This document shows, piece by piece, positions 19,728 to 29,223 of a DNA stretch of 64,000 bases. Origin of the DNA: Armatimonadota bacterium (GTDB lineage Bacteria; Armatimonadota; UBA5829; DSUL01); contig JBDHZC010000004.1 of the NCBI GenBank assembly GCA_039811685.1, positions 32,001 through 96,000 of the forward strand, written 5' to 3'. The notes under the pieces were generated by a model. The model did no database searches. It had not been told where the DNA came from and saw nothing but the letters and a program-made list of their open reading frames with translations. Numbering within the stretch: position 1 is the first letter of the stretch; the number at the start of each line of letters is the position of its first letter. The position numbers and the translations under genes are program-made.

Positions 19728-20687
19728 ATGAACAGGTGCAGCTACTACACAAACCGGTTTTCGGATTATATCGATCAGCAGTTGACGGCTGAAGAGCGCA
19801 CTGCACTCACGCTCCACTTGCGGGAGTGTCCGGCGTGCGCGTCTGAATACGCTGGGTTTGAGCGCGCGCACTCTGCGCTGCAGGAGCTGGCAACACCGTT
19901 ACCCTCTCGCCCTGTGCTACAGGCAGTGAGGGCGCGGATTCGGCAGGAAGAAAAGAACCGCAGGGCGAACCTTTGGCGCTGGGCGCCTGTGCCGGCGCTG
20001 GCTGCTGCGGCTGTAGCTGTTTTTCTCGTTGTGCTGAGTCACCCGGGGGCACAGCGTTCTCCCTTCCACTCCGGGAACGACGTTGTCGCAAGTGCGGGGT
20101 CGCGCAGCTCAAGTCAAGGTTCGGTGGTTGCGAAAGATGCGACAACCGGAGCGCAGGGGGCGGATCGCAGAATTGGATCTGGTCACGGGTTAGCTGATGG
20201 CCAAGCGTCCCTTGCGGATAGACCTGCCCTCGCGCAGATGCCCGGAGGGGGTGTGGCCAGCGCTTCACAGCCGGGCGGCAGCCTTGCGCAGCAATACACG
20301 CCAGCGCGCCAGCCTTCCTGGGCTGCCAACATTCGCCGGCCGAAGCCGCGCAGAGCGCATATCGTATTGGCCTCGCGTGTGGAAGGGCCAGGGCCTGCGC
20401 TTGCGCAGCAGGCTCAAGCGTCTGGCAAGGTCAAGTATCTGGTGGTCGCCTATCAGCCGTCGCAGGATTATAGCGCCACTGTTCAGGATGCGAGTTCCGG
20501 GCGCGAGCTTGGCGAAATGGCTGTTAGACGTACACTGTCAGCTGATGGGACAGTCAAACACGCAAATATCACTCTCCGTTTCCCACCGGCGAACTCTGGT
20601 GTGGAGGACAATGACACCAAAGACGATAGTACCAAGATTCGCTCTGACATTCGCAGCAGTTTTGACGATATGGTCGGCCGCGTCTAG
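19728..20687 (+). CDS. Zinc-finger (zf-HC2) anti-sigma factor with TM helix and periplasmic tail
   Basis: C...SDYID..L...HLRECPAC, one TM helix; follows the ECF sigma gene. Confidence 0.88.
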   Translation: MNRCSYYTNRFSDYIDQQLTAEERTALTLHLRECPACASEYAGFERAHSALQELATPLPSRPVLQAVRARIRQEEKNRRANLWRWAPVPALAAAAVAVFLVVLSHPGAQRSPFHSGNDVVASAGSRSSSQGSVVAKDATTGAQGADRRIGSGHGLADGQASLADRPALAQMPGGGVASASQPGGSLAQQYTPARQPSWAANIRRPKPRRAHIVLASRVEGPGPALAQQAQASGKVKYLVVAYQPSQDYSATVQDASSGRELGEMAVRRTLSADGTVKHANITLRFPPANSGVEDNDTKDDSTKIRSDIRSSFDDMVGRV

Positions 20688-21405
20688 CACCTGCCCCGCA
20701 GCCAACAACGTAACGTTCAGACTGGTGAATGTGCCGGTGCGAGACGCCATCCGCGCTCTGTGGGCTGCCGCCAGACCTGCGCAGGACTACGTCATTGACG
20801 ACGACATTCCCCGCGATCTCAAAGTCACCCTCAATTTCTACGACGCTCCGTTTGAGCAGGCGCTGCAGAGCATAGCGGACGGCGTACAGCTCAACGTGAA
20901 GCTGAACGCTAACACCTACAGCTTCTCGCGCGCCGAAAGCCCGCCTGTTGTCGTCAAGCTTGCTGCGCGTGGGGGAAAACTGACGTGGAAGCTTGCGAAC
21001 GCTGACCCGCGCGATGTTTTGACGCAGGTGCTTGGACTTTTTGACAAGACGTACGACGTGGACCTCAATGCGGATCCTACTGATGAGCTCAAAGCCTTTG
21101 CCAGACGCGCCGCGCTGAAACTCAAGGAAGGGCCTCCGGGGCCTCCCGGGTCTGATGTTGCGTCCGTTGTGCGCGAGGACGCGCAACGCTATCTCAAGCC
21201 GCCCGCCAGGCCGAGTGGCACTCCGCGCATTTCCACAGAGGGCTCGGACCTGGCCTTTGTGGACGCGATGGACACCTTGTCCACTGCCGGCGGATTCCTG
21301 TGGTTTCTGCGCGGAGAGAAGTATATCTTCCGAAATACTATTGCCGCAGACAAAGTCAGGGACATTTTCAGGCAGGAAGGCATCCTGGACGTCGTCCAGA
21401 AGTAA
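20611..21405 (+). CDS. Secreted protein with secretin/TonB N-terminal (STN/N0)-like domains
   Basis: GGAGG RBS before ATG 20611; signal peptide; VTFRLVNVPVRDAIRAL...KVTLNFYDAPFEQALQSI pattern with a second degenerate copy. Confidence 0.6.
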   Translation: MTPKTIVPRFALTFAAVLTIWSAASSTCPAANNVTFRLVNVPVRDAIRALWAAARPAQDYVIDDDIPRDLKVTLNFYDAPFEQALQSIADGVQLNVKLNANTYSFSRAESPPVVVKLAARGGKLTWKLANADPRDVLTQVLGLFDKTYDVDLNADPTDELKAFARRAALKLKEGPPGPPGSDVASVVREDAQRYLKPPARPSGTPRISTEGSDLAFVDAMDTLSTAGGFLWFLRGEKYIFRNTIAADKVRDIFRQEGILDVVQK

Positions 21406-21480
21406 GCTCTCGATCAGACCGCGCCTGCGCGTACTGCCCTGCCTTTGCACACGCTGCGCTATCCGTGTTAGCATTGGGGC

Positions 21481-22662
21481 GTGCAAAAGGACCAGTCTCC
21501 ACAACGCCATCTGGCTGCACACGGGTCTTCGCCGTCCGTCCGGGTGCTCCATCTGCTCCGGCCGACGGTCGGCGGAATGCGCACGCACGTAATCACGCTG
21601 CTGAAACATATAGATCGGTCTCGCTTCGAGATTGCTCTTGCGGCGCCTTCCAACATGGAGCGCGATCTTCTCGGGCCGTGTTCACGAGACGTTGAGTTCT
21701 ATCCACTCGAATTGGCGGAGTCCGGTGGGCCGCTCGGACTTGTTTATAGAAGTGTCCAGCTCTCCACCCTCCTGCGCCAGAGCCGCTTTGACATTCTGCA
21801 TTCCCACGGCCTCAGAGCGACAACGGCGTCAGGCCTCGGCGGTGCGGCGGCGCCGGCTAGAATTGCCACGCTGCACAACCCTTTGTCCGGGTTCAGCTCC
21901 GTAGCCCGCCCCCTCGTCTCCTACGCCTTCAAAGCCCAGACTCACTGCATAGCGTTGTCTGACGCATTGAAGCGAGATATTCTGGCGCTGGGTGTGCCGT
22001 GTGATCAGGTTTGCGTTATCCCAAATGGGGTGGGCGCAGGCCGGCGTACTCGTGCGGAAGCGCAATCGCAACTTGCGTCTTTGGGACTTGACAACAGTGA
22101 GCGTCTCATTCTCGTGTGCGCCCGCTTCCTGCCATCTGATATCGCTGCGTTATCTGCGCTGGTTGATGCCGTTCACCGCTATGCTCAGCCTCTCCGTCTG
22201 GTCGTGTGCGGGGTAGGGCAGCAGGACGGTGCACTCGCGCAGGCAAGGGCCGAGTTCCACGAGCGCGGTGTGGTAATCACAGGATATGTGCCGGACTTGC
22301 GGGCCTTGTTCTCGGCAGCTTACGCCGTTGTGGTTATGCAGCCTCCGATCGCCCTTCCGTTGACAGTGCTCGAAGCGATGGCGGAAGCCGTCCCGGTTGT
22401 TGCGTGCGCTGGCGGCGAGATGGAAGAGGTCATCCTGGATGGCACGACCGGTTATCTTCTGCCGCCGGGCGACTGGGACGCAATGGCTGAGCGGATTGCG
22501 TGGCTTCTGGAGTACCCAGATGAGCGTGAGCGGGTGGGCGCGGCCGCGCGGGACCGCATAGTCACCCAGTTTTCAGACCGGGTCTCCGTACGTAAGCTGG
22601 AGGCGCTGTACGACGAAGTCGCAGGACAACTGACCGGAGGCGCTGAGCGTGCGGCTGTGTAG
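21481..22662 (+). CDS. Glycosyltransferase family 4 (GT-B)
   Basis: GGMRTHV, HSHG, TLHN, IPNGV, LEAMAEAVPVVA...GGEMEEVI.DG.TG. Confidence 0.88.
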   Translation: MQKDQSPQRHLAAHGSSPSVRVLHLLRPTVGGMRTHVITLLKHIDRSRFEIALAAPSNMERDLLGPCSRDVEFYPLELAESGGPLGLVYRSVQLSTLLRQSRFDILHSHGLRATTASGLGGAAAPARIATLHNPLSGFSSVARPLVSYAFKAQTHCIALSDALKRDILALGVPCDQVCVIPNGVGAGRRTRAEAQSQLASLGLDNSERLILVCARFLPSDIAALSALVDAVHRYAQPLRLVVCGVGQQDGALAQARAEFHERGVVITGYVPDLRALFSAAYAVVVMQPPIALPLTVLEAMAEAVPVVACAGGEMEEVILDGTTGYLLPPGDWDAMAERIAWLLEYPDERERVGAAARDRIVTQFSDRVSVRKLEALYDEVAGQLTGGAERAAV

Positions 22663-24823
22663 CATTCTCCTCGCCCTCTTGTGTCTGAGCGCAAGCGCAG
22701 CGCGTGTTGAAGCTGGGAAGGACAGGGGAGTAGTCCTGGTCCTGATAGCCGGACTCACACTTCCCCAGGCGGAGCAAATGCCTGCTGTTCACAGACTCTT
22801 GCGGGAAGGAGCCTCGGCTGTGATGAGTCCGCGTGTGGGACGCGCCGCCCCGCTTCCGTTCGCCCGCGTGACACCTGATCCCTTGACTTCTGGATACTTC
22901 ACAATGGCTTGTGGAAGCCGCGTAGCGGCCGGACCGGAGGCTTCGTTCTTTCTTGCTCCTGACCAGCCAATAGACCCGTCGGGCGCCCGAGTGGAGCTTG
23001 CTGGCCGTGTCTGGTCGGCTTTGCGCGGGCAGCCTTTGACGGATGCCCAACTTGTCGCGCCCTTCTTTGAGATTGGGCTGAGGCAGGGCCGGGCCACTCC
23101 CTACGACGTGCCCATCGGCGAGCTTGGAAAACGACTTTCTTCCGCGAGGCTGAACTGTGAAGTGATCGGCAACGCAGACACTCCCGAAAGCCTTCAGCGC
23201 GAAGCGGCGCTTTTCACAGCGCTTCCGGACGGACGGGTGCTGCACGCGGCTATGGATAGCGAATTGACATTGCGAGACCCACTGTTCCCATTCGGGGTAC
23301 GGGCAAGCGAAAACGCCCTTGTGAGGCGCGCGTCTGAAGCAATGAAGCGCTCCAGCTTTGTAGTTGTTGAAACCGGTGACACAGCCCGTTTTCAGAGATA
23401 TCAGGACAATGTTGTGCCGGCAGCGCGCCAGCAAATGCAGGATCGAGTCTTTGCACAGGCCGACCGTATTGTGGAAGGCATTCTGCAGAATCTGCCGCGA
23501 GACTACCGGCTATTGGTTGCCTCACCAGGCCAGACGGTGGATCCTGAGACTCTCGCGTCTGAGCGTCTTCCGCTGCTTATTAGCTTTCGTGCAGGACAGC
23601 GGCCAGGGCTGCTGAGCTCCAGCTCTACCCGGCGCGCCGGAGTCGTCGCTAACACCGATGTCGCCACCGGCATCCTCAACTGGCTGGGAGTCCCAGGCTC
23701 TATTGGCAGCGGAGGCGAGATTCACGCAGTGGCCGTGACACAGCCGCTCCAGCGCTTGCGCGAGATTCAGGTCTTTGCGCGCTACCAGGAGTCAGCGCAA
23801 CCTGTAGTTTACGGCTTTGTTTATGGGTCGCTGGCGTGTCTGATAGCTCTCGTCGCAATGGTTTTTCTGGTAGGAGCGCCAATCCAGACTCGAGCGCTGG
23901 TTCTGGCGCCACCGGTGTCGTTCGCTTCCTTTCTGCTGGCCACCTCCTGGCGCCCTGATCCACTTGCGCTGGCTGCAGTTGCGCTTGCGGCCGGTGCGGT
24001 AGTTGCGCTACTGTTCACCGTCAAATGGCAATGGCCTACAGAGGCTCTGGCCGCAGGTATCCTCGTGCTCGGGACTGTAGCGTTCGTTGCGGGATGGTTT
24101 CCAATAGCAGCAGCCTCCTATCAGATTCAGGGAGGCGCGAGGTACTACGGAATCGGAAACGAGTACGCGGGACTCTTCATTGGGGCCGTGATTTTTCTGG
24201 GGTCTTCACCGTCAATCAGGCGTTTCTGGCTCCGGGTTGCGGCGCTTGCCGCCGCGGTGTGCGCAGTCTTTCTCATCGGTTTGCCGCGAGGCGGGGCCAA
24301 CGCGGGCGACATGCTGGGCGGTCTGATTGGATGCTGCGCGATCGCCGCGTCACTTTTTCACAAAAATTCCAGAAAAATCTTCCCCGTACTGGTAACAGGT
24401 GCAGTCTTATTGTTGTTGTTATTAGCGGGTAGAGATGCCATGCGCCCACCTGAGATGCAGTCTCACCTGGGACGAGCGATGACTGAGATTGTACGCAGCG
24501 GCCCCGTCGCGGCGCTGAATATTGTCCAGCGAAAAGCGGAACTTAACTTCCTGCTGGTACGTAATAGCCCCTGGGCCTTGTTGCTGTTGGCGGAATTTGC
24601 GGTGGCTTTTTTCCTGTCGCGGCGCTCGAGATATCTCGCCCGAGTGAGGACTCACAACAGAACTGTAGCTCTAGCAGTTACGGTGGTAGCGCTGTTGGCG
24701 CTGAACGATTCGGGAGTGCTTTCAGCAGCGGCTGCGGGGATGTGGCTGGTAATTGATGCGCTGGAGCGGTCTCCCAGAGCAAAGTTTGCTCCAATTTTAT
24801 CACAAATTGCCAAAGCCTCTTGA
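22649..24823 (+). CDS. Membrane protein: extracytoplasmic alkaline-phosphatase-like domain plus multi-TM domain
   Basis: Signal peptide; GLLSSSSTRRAGVVANTDVA; TM region with GARYYGIGNEY, GAN.G, SHLGR, NDSG. Confidence 0.65.
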   Translation: MRLCSILLALLCLSASAARVEAGKDRGVVLVLIAGLTLPQAEQMPAVHRLLREGASAVMSPRVGRAAPLPFARVTPDPLTSGYFTMACGSRVAAGPEASFFLAPDQPIDPSGARVELAGRVWSALRGQPLTDAQLVAPFFEIGLRQGRATPYDVPIGELGKRLSSARLNCEVIGNADTPESLQREAALFTALPDGRVLHAAMDSELTLRDPLFPFGVRASENALVRRASEAMKRSSFVVVETGDTARFQRYQDNVVPAARQQMQDRVFAQADRIVEGILQNLPRDYRLLVASPGQTVDPETLASERLPLLISFRAGQRPGLLSSSSTRRAGVVANTDVATGILNWLGVPGSIGSGGEIHAVAVTQPLQRLREIQVFARYQESAQPVVYGFVYGSLACLIALVAMVFLVGAPIQTRALVLAPPVSFASFLLATSWRPDPLALAAVALAAGAVVALLFTVKWQWPTEALAAGILVLGTVAFVAGWFPIAAASYQIQGGARYYGIGNEYAGLFIGAVIFLGSSPSIRRFWLRVAALAAAVCAVFLIGLPRGGANAGDMLGGLIGCCAIAASLFHKNSRKIFPVLVTGAVLLLLLLAGRDAMRPPEMQSHLGRAMTEIVRSGPVAALNIVQRKAELNFLLVRNSPWALLLLAEFAVAFFLSRRSRYLARVRTHNRTVALAVTVVALLALNDSGVLSAAAAGMWLVIDALERSPRAKFAPILSQIAKAS

Positions 24824-24895
24824 GAAACGTGGCGCGTTTTTGGTATTCTAACTCTGGTTGGTATAGGAAACGTTACACATCGGTATACTGAGCCT

Positions 24896-25160
24896 GTGAA
24901 GGAATACGGTGGCACAGCCGCAAATGGCGCCGGCGACGACTGCTGAGTGCCGTAGAGGTGACAACGGGTAAAGCCCTTGGTGACGATAGGGTGCGAACAA
25001 TTACTGTTTCTATCGTCGTCTGTATTACTGACTATCAAACAAAACACTAACAACAGGTCCCGGCCAGGCGGAGTCAGCAGGTCGGCATAAATGGACTCCC
25101 GCTTGGCATTTCGCACGTCTGAGCAGAGTGGCCATACAACAAGAGAGTCGGGACAAGGCA
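24896..25160 (+). ncRNA. Candidate structured leader/ncRNA upstream of the sigma factor gene
   Basis: TATACT at 24884-24889 followed by several stems and a possible 7-bp long-range pairing. Confidence 0.35.
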
Positions 25161-25185
25161 CGAGAGACGAAAGGACAAGTCAGTC

Positions 25186-26082
25186 GTGAGCGTTGCCGTA
25201 AGGGAACTCGACAAGAAGCACAGTACAGGACAAGCAATAAGGAAGGACACGCAGCTCAACTCCAGCTCAACGCGCACCTGCCTGCCACCGGTTGGCAGGA
25301 GGAGTCTTCTGACACACGCGCAGGAGATAGCGCTTGCTAAGCGGATTCGCGAAGGTGATCTCAAAGCCAAGCAGCAGCTCGTAGAATCCAACCTGGGTCT
25401 TGTCATTAGCATTGCCAAGAAGCACGACTTCCGCGCCATCCCGTTCGAGGATCTGGTGCAGGAGGGCGTCATCGGCCTTATGAAGGCCGCGACCAAATTC
25501 GATCCTACAAAAGGATACAAGTTCAGCACTTATGCGACTCACTGGGTGAAGCAGACGATTAGTCGCGCTATCGCCAACCAGAGCCGCACCATTCGCGTTC
25601 CGAACTATCTCGCGGCGGCTCTCCGGAAGATGGAGCACGTGAAGTCCAATCTGGAGACGGAATACAGCCGTCCTCCTACGAATGAAGAGCTGGCGACTGC
25701 GACTGGTGTTTCCGTACGCCGGCTGCTGGACCTGCAGAAGGTTGCTGCTGAGCCAGTCAGCCTTGAGAGTCTGGTTTCTGCGGATGCAGAGACTCCTCTG
25801 GTGCAGTTGCTGCCGGATCTGAATGTCGAAGACCCGGAGCAAAGCGTGCTGGTGGGCGCCCGGCGTGAAGCCAGCGAACGGCTTCTGGATATTCTGGAAG
25901 ATCGAGAGCGTCAGGTCATCGCAAAGCGATTTGGCTTTGAAGGCGGTCGGGCGCGCAGTCTTCAGCAGATTGGTGGAGAGATGAATCTCTCTCGTGAGCG
26001 CGTGCGCCAGATAGAGTTGAAAGCTCTGAAGAAGCTTCGAGACGCGGCGCGGGGAAGTCAGCTCGCCGAACAGGTGAAGTAA
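25186..26082 (+). CDS. Alternative sigma70 factor (RpoD/RpoS-like, no region 1.1)
   Basis: SNLGLVISIAK, DLVQEG.IGL, KFDPTKGYKFSTYATHW, RTIRVP, SRERVRQIE. Confidence 0.93.
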   Translation: MSVAVRELDKKHSTGQAIRKDTQLNSSSTRTCLPPVGRRSLLTHAQEIALAKRIREGDLKAKQQLVESNLGLVISIAKKHDFRAIPFEDLVQEGVIGLMKAATKFDPTKGYKFSTYATHWVKQTISRAIANQSRTIRVPNYLAAALRKMEHVKSNLETEYSRPPTNEELATATGVSVRRLLDLQKVAAEPVSLESLVSADAETPLVQLLPDLNVEDPEQSVLVGARREASERLLDILEDRERQVIAKRFGFEGGRARSLQQIGGEMNLSRERVRQIELKALKKLRDAARGSQLAEQVK

Positions 26083-26110
26083 CGGATTCCTGCCAGAACT
26101 TCTGCAAACG

Positions 26111-26140
26111 AAAGCCTCCAGCCAAAGCTGGAGGCTTTTT
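26111..26140. terminator. Intrinsic terminator, probably bidirectional
   Basis: AAAGCCTCCAGC-CAAA-GCTGGAGGCTTTTT between convergent genes. Confidence 0.88.
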
Positions 26141-26184
26141 CTTGTCTGTGCTCTCGCGGCGTCTTTCCGCTGACAGAGGCCCTC

Positions 26185-29169
26185 TTACAGGCTGAAGAGA
26201 GTGCGCAGGTCCAGGCGCGCTTCTACGGCAGTGCGATCCTGGATATCCGGGTTGGAGTTGTGCCACTGGATTGCCTCGCCTGTGAAGGTGAGGTAGCGGT
26301 CTGCGTCAATCTTGTGATCCACCTTCACTTTGATTGAGTTGCCGCTAACAGTGCCGCTTGCGGTCATAGTGGTGTCCAGTCCGTAATAGATGTCAAACAG
26401 GAAGTTGCCGCTCTGGCGCTGCAGACCAAACATCTGCTTTGTTATGTCCGTGGCAGCCTTTGGATTTCGGTCGTGGCGCAGATCAAGCACAAGATTCAAA
26501 CCGTTCGACAGCTTGCTTGTCACTTTGAACGAGCGCGAAACGCCAAAGTCTATCTGGCCGCTGGGCAGTTCTTTGTACTGGTTGACGACATAGGCCAACT
26601 GAGTCGTCGGGCTGAGCCTTACATCTGCGTTTATGTTGCGAATAGGCTCCAGGCGCCCCCAGCCACCGTCCTTGTCCTTGTAGTAGAGATCCACGTGCCA
26701 CCACTTTTTGGGATCAGGATCACTCTTGAAAGTGTACCCTCGCGCAAACTGAATCTTCTGGTTGGCGGGCAATACGTGCGCGTAGTCCAGGCCGACGACA
26801 TTCTTGCCCCACAGCCCGTCAAGTTTCACACCGCGCGTGAATGTGGACTGCCCGCCGCTCATATTGGCCTGGCCAAGCTGCGCAGCCACATTGAGCTGCC
26901 TAAGTGGGCCAAAGCGCTGGGCTACCAGACCTCCGAGATTAGCCATATACCCGGCGCCGTTGCCGATATAGTTGGTCTGGCGGCTCACAAGGTCGAGGCT
27001 GGCATTCAGATTCTTCGAAGCTGCCCACTTAAAGCCGACCTTACTCATGCTCTCGGACGGGTCTGCGCCACGGTCAATACTGGACTGCGCTGCTTGCAGT
27101 GTCAGCGATTTTCCCAGCCTGGATTGCAGTTGGTACAGCTCGCTATTTTCAAACTTGCCATTCATGTAGCTGAGCCGCCGGTTGTCCATACTCAGCCATT
27201 GAGGCCGCGCCTTGTCCGTCTCAAAATGTTCCTGATTGACCGTCGTGCCTGCCAACACACCGCCCGCCACCTGGGTGAGATCAGAGCTGCGTGAAGCGCT
27301 CACATACCAGTTGTTCTTGAAGCGTTGCTCAACAGACTGGAGCTCTTTAAGCGACCCGTTAAGAATATCTCCGTCAGTGCGCCGCAAGCTCTGGTTGTGC
27401 TGGAACACGATCTTGGTCTTTTCGGATGGGTTGTAGAGAAGATTCAGCACATCCTGAGAATCTGACAGCAGGTCGGTCGCGTTGTTTGAGCGCACCAGCG
27501 AACTGTTGAGCTTCAGCGCCTTGGAAAGCTCTCCGTCAAGAGACATGTCATATCTTCTGAAGCCAATTCCCGCGACCATAGCCTGCTTGTCAGGATCAGC
27601 CAGGTCGGCAATACGTGTGAATGTGGGGTCTATATTCTGGTAGTGCGCGCTGAAGTTGATGTGCCTGCCGGCCAGCCCCAGACCAGCCTTGGTCACACCA
27701 CCCGTATCGCCGTCCACAAGCGAGTAGTTTCCATTGATTGACAACCCCGTTCCTGCTTTAGCGCTCAGGCCGGCGGACATCTTCCTCAGTCCGGACTCAA
27801 GACCAAACTGTCCCTTTTCCACAGGGGCTAACTGCTTAAGACGCGCAAATTTTGGTCCAACGCTCTGGAAGCTGGCCCAGCTCTGCCAGTTGTTGCTCTT
27901 CAACGACAGAGTCTGTTGATTGATACTGTCGTTGCCATCGCTGATATTCAAGAAGGACAGCGTTCCGGTCAGATTCGGATTCAGCTTGACGTAGGTGCTG
28001 AGTGATTTGTGAGAAAGCCCGGCCTCCAATCCAACTGCCTGTTGGTCGGCCGCGCTCACCTGGCCAGCCGTAGCATTTGGGTCGAACTGGCGGCGAATGG
28101 AAAGAGCCAGGTCTGTCAGCTCAGATGTGCTCAAACTGGCCATCCTCTTGAAGCTGGCATCGACGCTGCGCAGCATGCCGTACGCTCCAAAAGTTGGCTC
28201 CACGTACGTCAGCTCAAACGTACGCATCGAGCCGCTGCTGTCATACACCTGCGTCCAGCCCAGACGGTTCCACGGCGTGCCCTCAGGCAACGCTTTGGCA
28301 GGCTGCATCTCCATAGCCGCTGATATTCGCCTGAGTCCTTTTTCCTTCTGAAGCTGATTGACGACCGCGGGGTCCAGTCCTCCCTGCTCACGCAGGCTCT
28401 GAAAACCGGTGAAGTTAGCTCCCACATCCTGGTAGCCAAGTGAGACTCTCGTGTGTCCAAGGTTGATGGCTGCCTTCTGGGCCACGATCGTGTCACTGAC
28501 GGCCGGATTGCCAGCCTTAGCCGCAGGTTTGTCAAACAGGCTTGCCGCTGTCGAACCCTTGCGGGGGTCAGACATGTAGTACATGCTCTCGAGACTTGTT
28601 TTGCCAAAATCAAAGTCCATCTTCATGCCGTAGGTCAGCACATCAAATGGCGTTCCGTTCTTGGCATCCGCCGCCTGATAGGCGTGGAGGAAGTTTGCGG
28701 TGTTAGTTCCGCCGAGGAATCCTGGCAACAGTGGCAGGCCGGCCAGACTGCGCGCCACAGACTTACCTTCCAGGTACCGATAGGTCACCTGGATAGTCTC
28801 GGAGGCAGATACGGGTTCGCTGAAGCTGACGGAGCCGCTGACGCTGTCAACAAAGAAGTCGCGATTGCGAACGAGTCTGCGCCCATTGATACTTGCCGTC
28901 ACCGAGTCCGCGATGATATTGCCGTGCGTGAGCATGTAGCCGGCTGGACTTCCATTACCACGTAGAGAGTCAAAGCTCGAACTTGCTGGCGCGTCTTTCT
29001 GCTTCGGGTCGTCGGTGGCCGACTGTCTGTTGTCCAGAATCTGTCCGTCAAAGCTGCCCTGATTTCCCCAGAGCAGACGTGGCGGATCAGCTGCCAGCGC
29101 CGGTATCCTGACCAGCCCTGTCATCAACAGGCCACTAAACAAAATTGTCCGGAAGATTCTACTCTTCAT
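26185..29169 (-). CDS. Large (994 aa) putative outer-membrane beta-barrel protein with internal repeats
   Basis: Signal peptide; amphipathic beta-strand pattern; four [YF]xx[VI][GD]xxFxxxxxL-type repeats; C-terminus ARLDLRTLFSL. Confidence 0.65.
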   Translation of the reverse strand: MKSRIFRTILFSGLLMTGLVRIPALAADPPRLLWGNQGSFDGQILDNRQSATDDPKQKDAPASSSFDSLRGNGSPAGYMLTHGNIIADSVTASINGRRLVRNRDFFVDSVSGSVSFSEPVSASETIQVTYRYLEGKSVARSLAGLPLLPGFLGGTNTANFLHAYQAADAKNGTPFDVLTYGMKMDFDFGKTSLESMYYMSDPRKGSTAASLFDKPAAKAGNPAVSDTIVAQKAAINLGHTRVSLGYQDVGANFTGFQSLREQGGLDPAVVNQLQKEKGLRRISAAMEMQPAKALPEGTPWNRLGWTQVYDSSGSMRTFELTYVEPTFGAYGMLRSVDASFKRMASLSTSELTDLALSIRRQFDPNATAGQVSAADQQAVGLEAGLSHKSLSTYVKLNPNLTGTLSFLNISDGNDSINQQTLSLKSNNWQSWASFQSVGPKFARLKQLAPVEKGQFGLESGLRKMSAGLSAKAGTGLSINGNYSLVDGDTGGVTKAGLGLAGRHINFSAHYQNIDPTFTRIADLADPDKQAMVAGIGFRRYDMSLDGELSKALKLNSSLVRSNNATDLLSDSQDVLNLLYNPSEKTKIVFQHNQSLRRTDGDILNGSLKELQSVEQRFKNNWYVSASRSSDLTQVAGGVLAGTTVNQEHFETDKARPQWLSMDNRRLSYMNGKFENSELYQLQSRLGKSLTLQAAQSSIDRGADPSESMSKVGFKWAASKNLNASLDLVSRQTNYIGNGAGYMANLGGLVAQRFGPLRQLNVAAQLGQANMSGGQSTFTRGVKLDGLWGKNVVGLDYAHVLPANQKIQFARGYTFKSDPDPKKWWHVDLYYKDKDGGWGRLEPIRNINADVRLSPTTQLAYVVNQYKELPSGQIDFGVSRSFKVTSKLSNGLNLVLDLRHDRNPKAATDITKQMFGLQRQSGNFLFDIYYGLDTTMTASGTVSGNSIKVKVDHKIDADRYLTFTGEAIQWHNSNPDIQDRTAVEARLDLRTLFSL

Positions 29170-29223
29170 CAGACTTATACAACTCAGAGATTCGAACCAG
29201 AACTCCTCAGATTCGCCGCTCTA

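Noticed and set aside
20197..20610. N-terminal extension of the 402-aa ORF
   Set aside because: Lies inside the anti-sigma gene; the RBS and signal peptide point to ATG 20611
24979..25155. Resemblance to lysine riboswitch, group I/II intron or tmRNA, and a GTGGCCATAC 10-mer shared with the tRNA spacer near 47390
   Set aside because: Only isolated short words match; required core elements are missing and the shared word is compatible with chance
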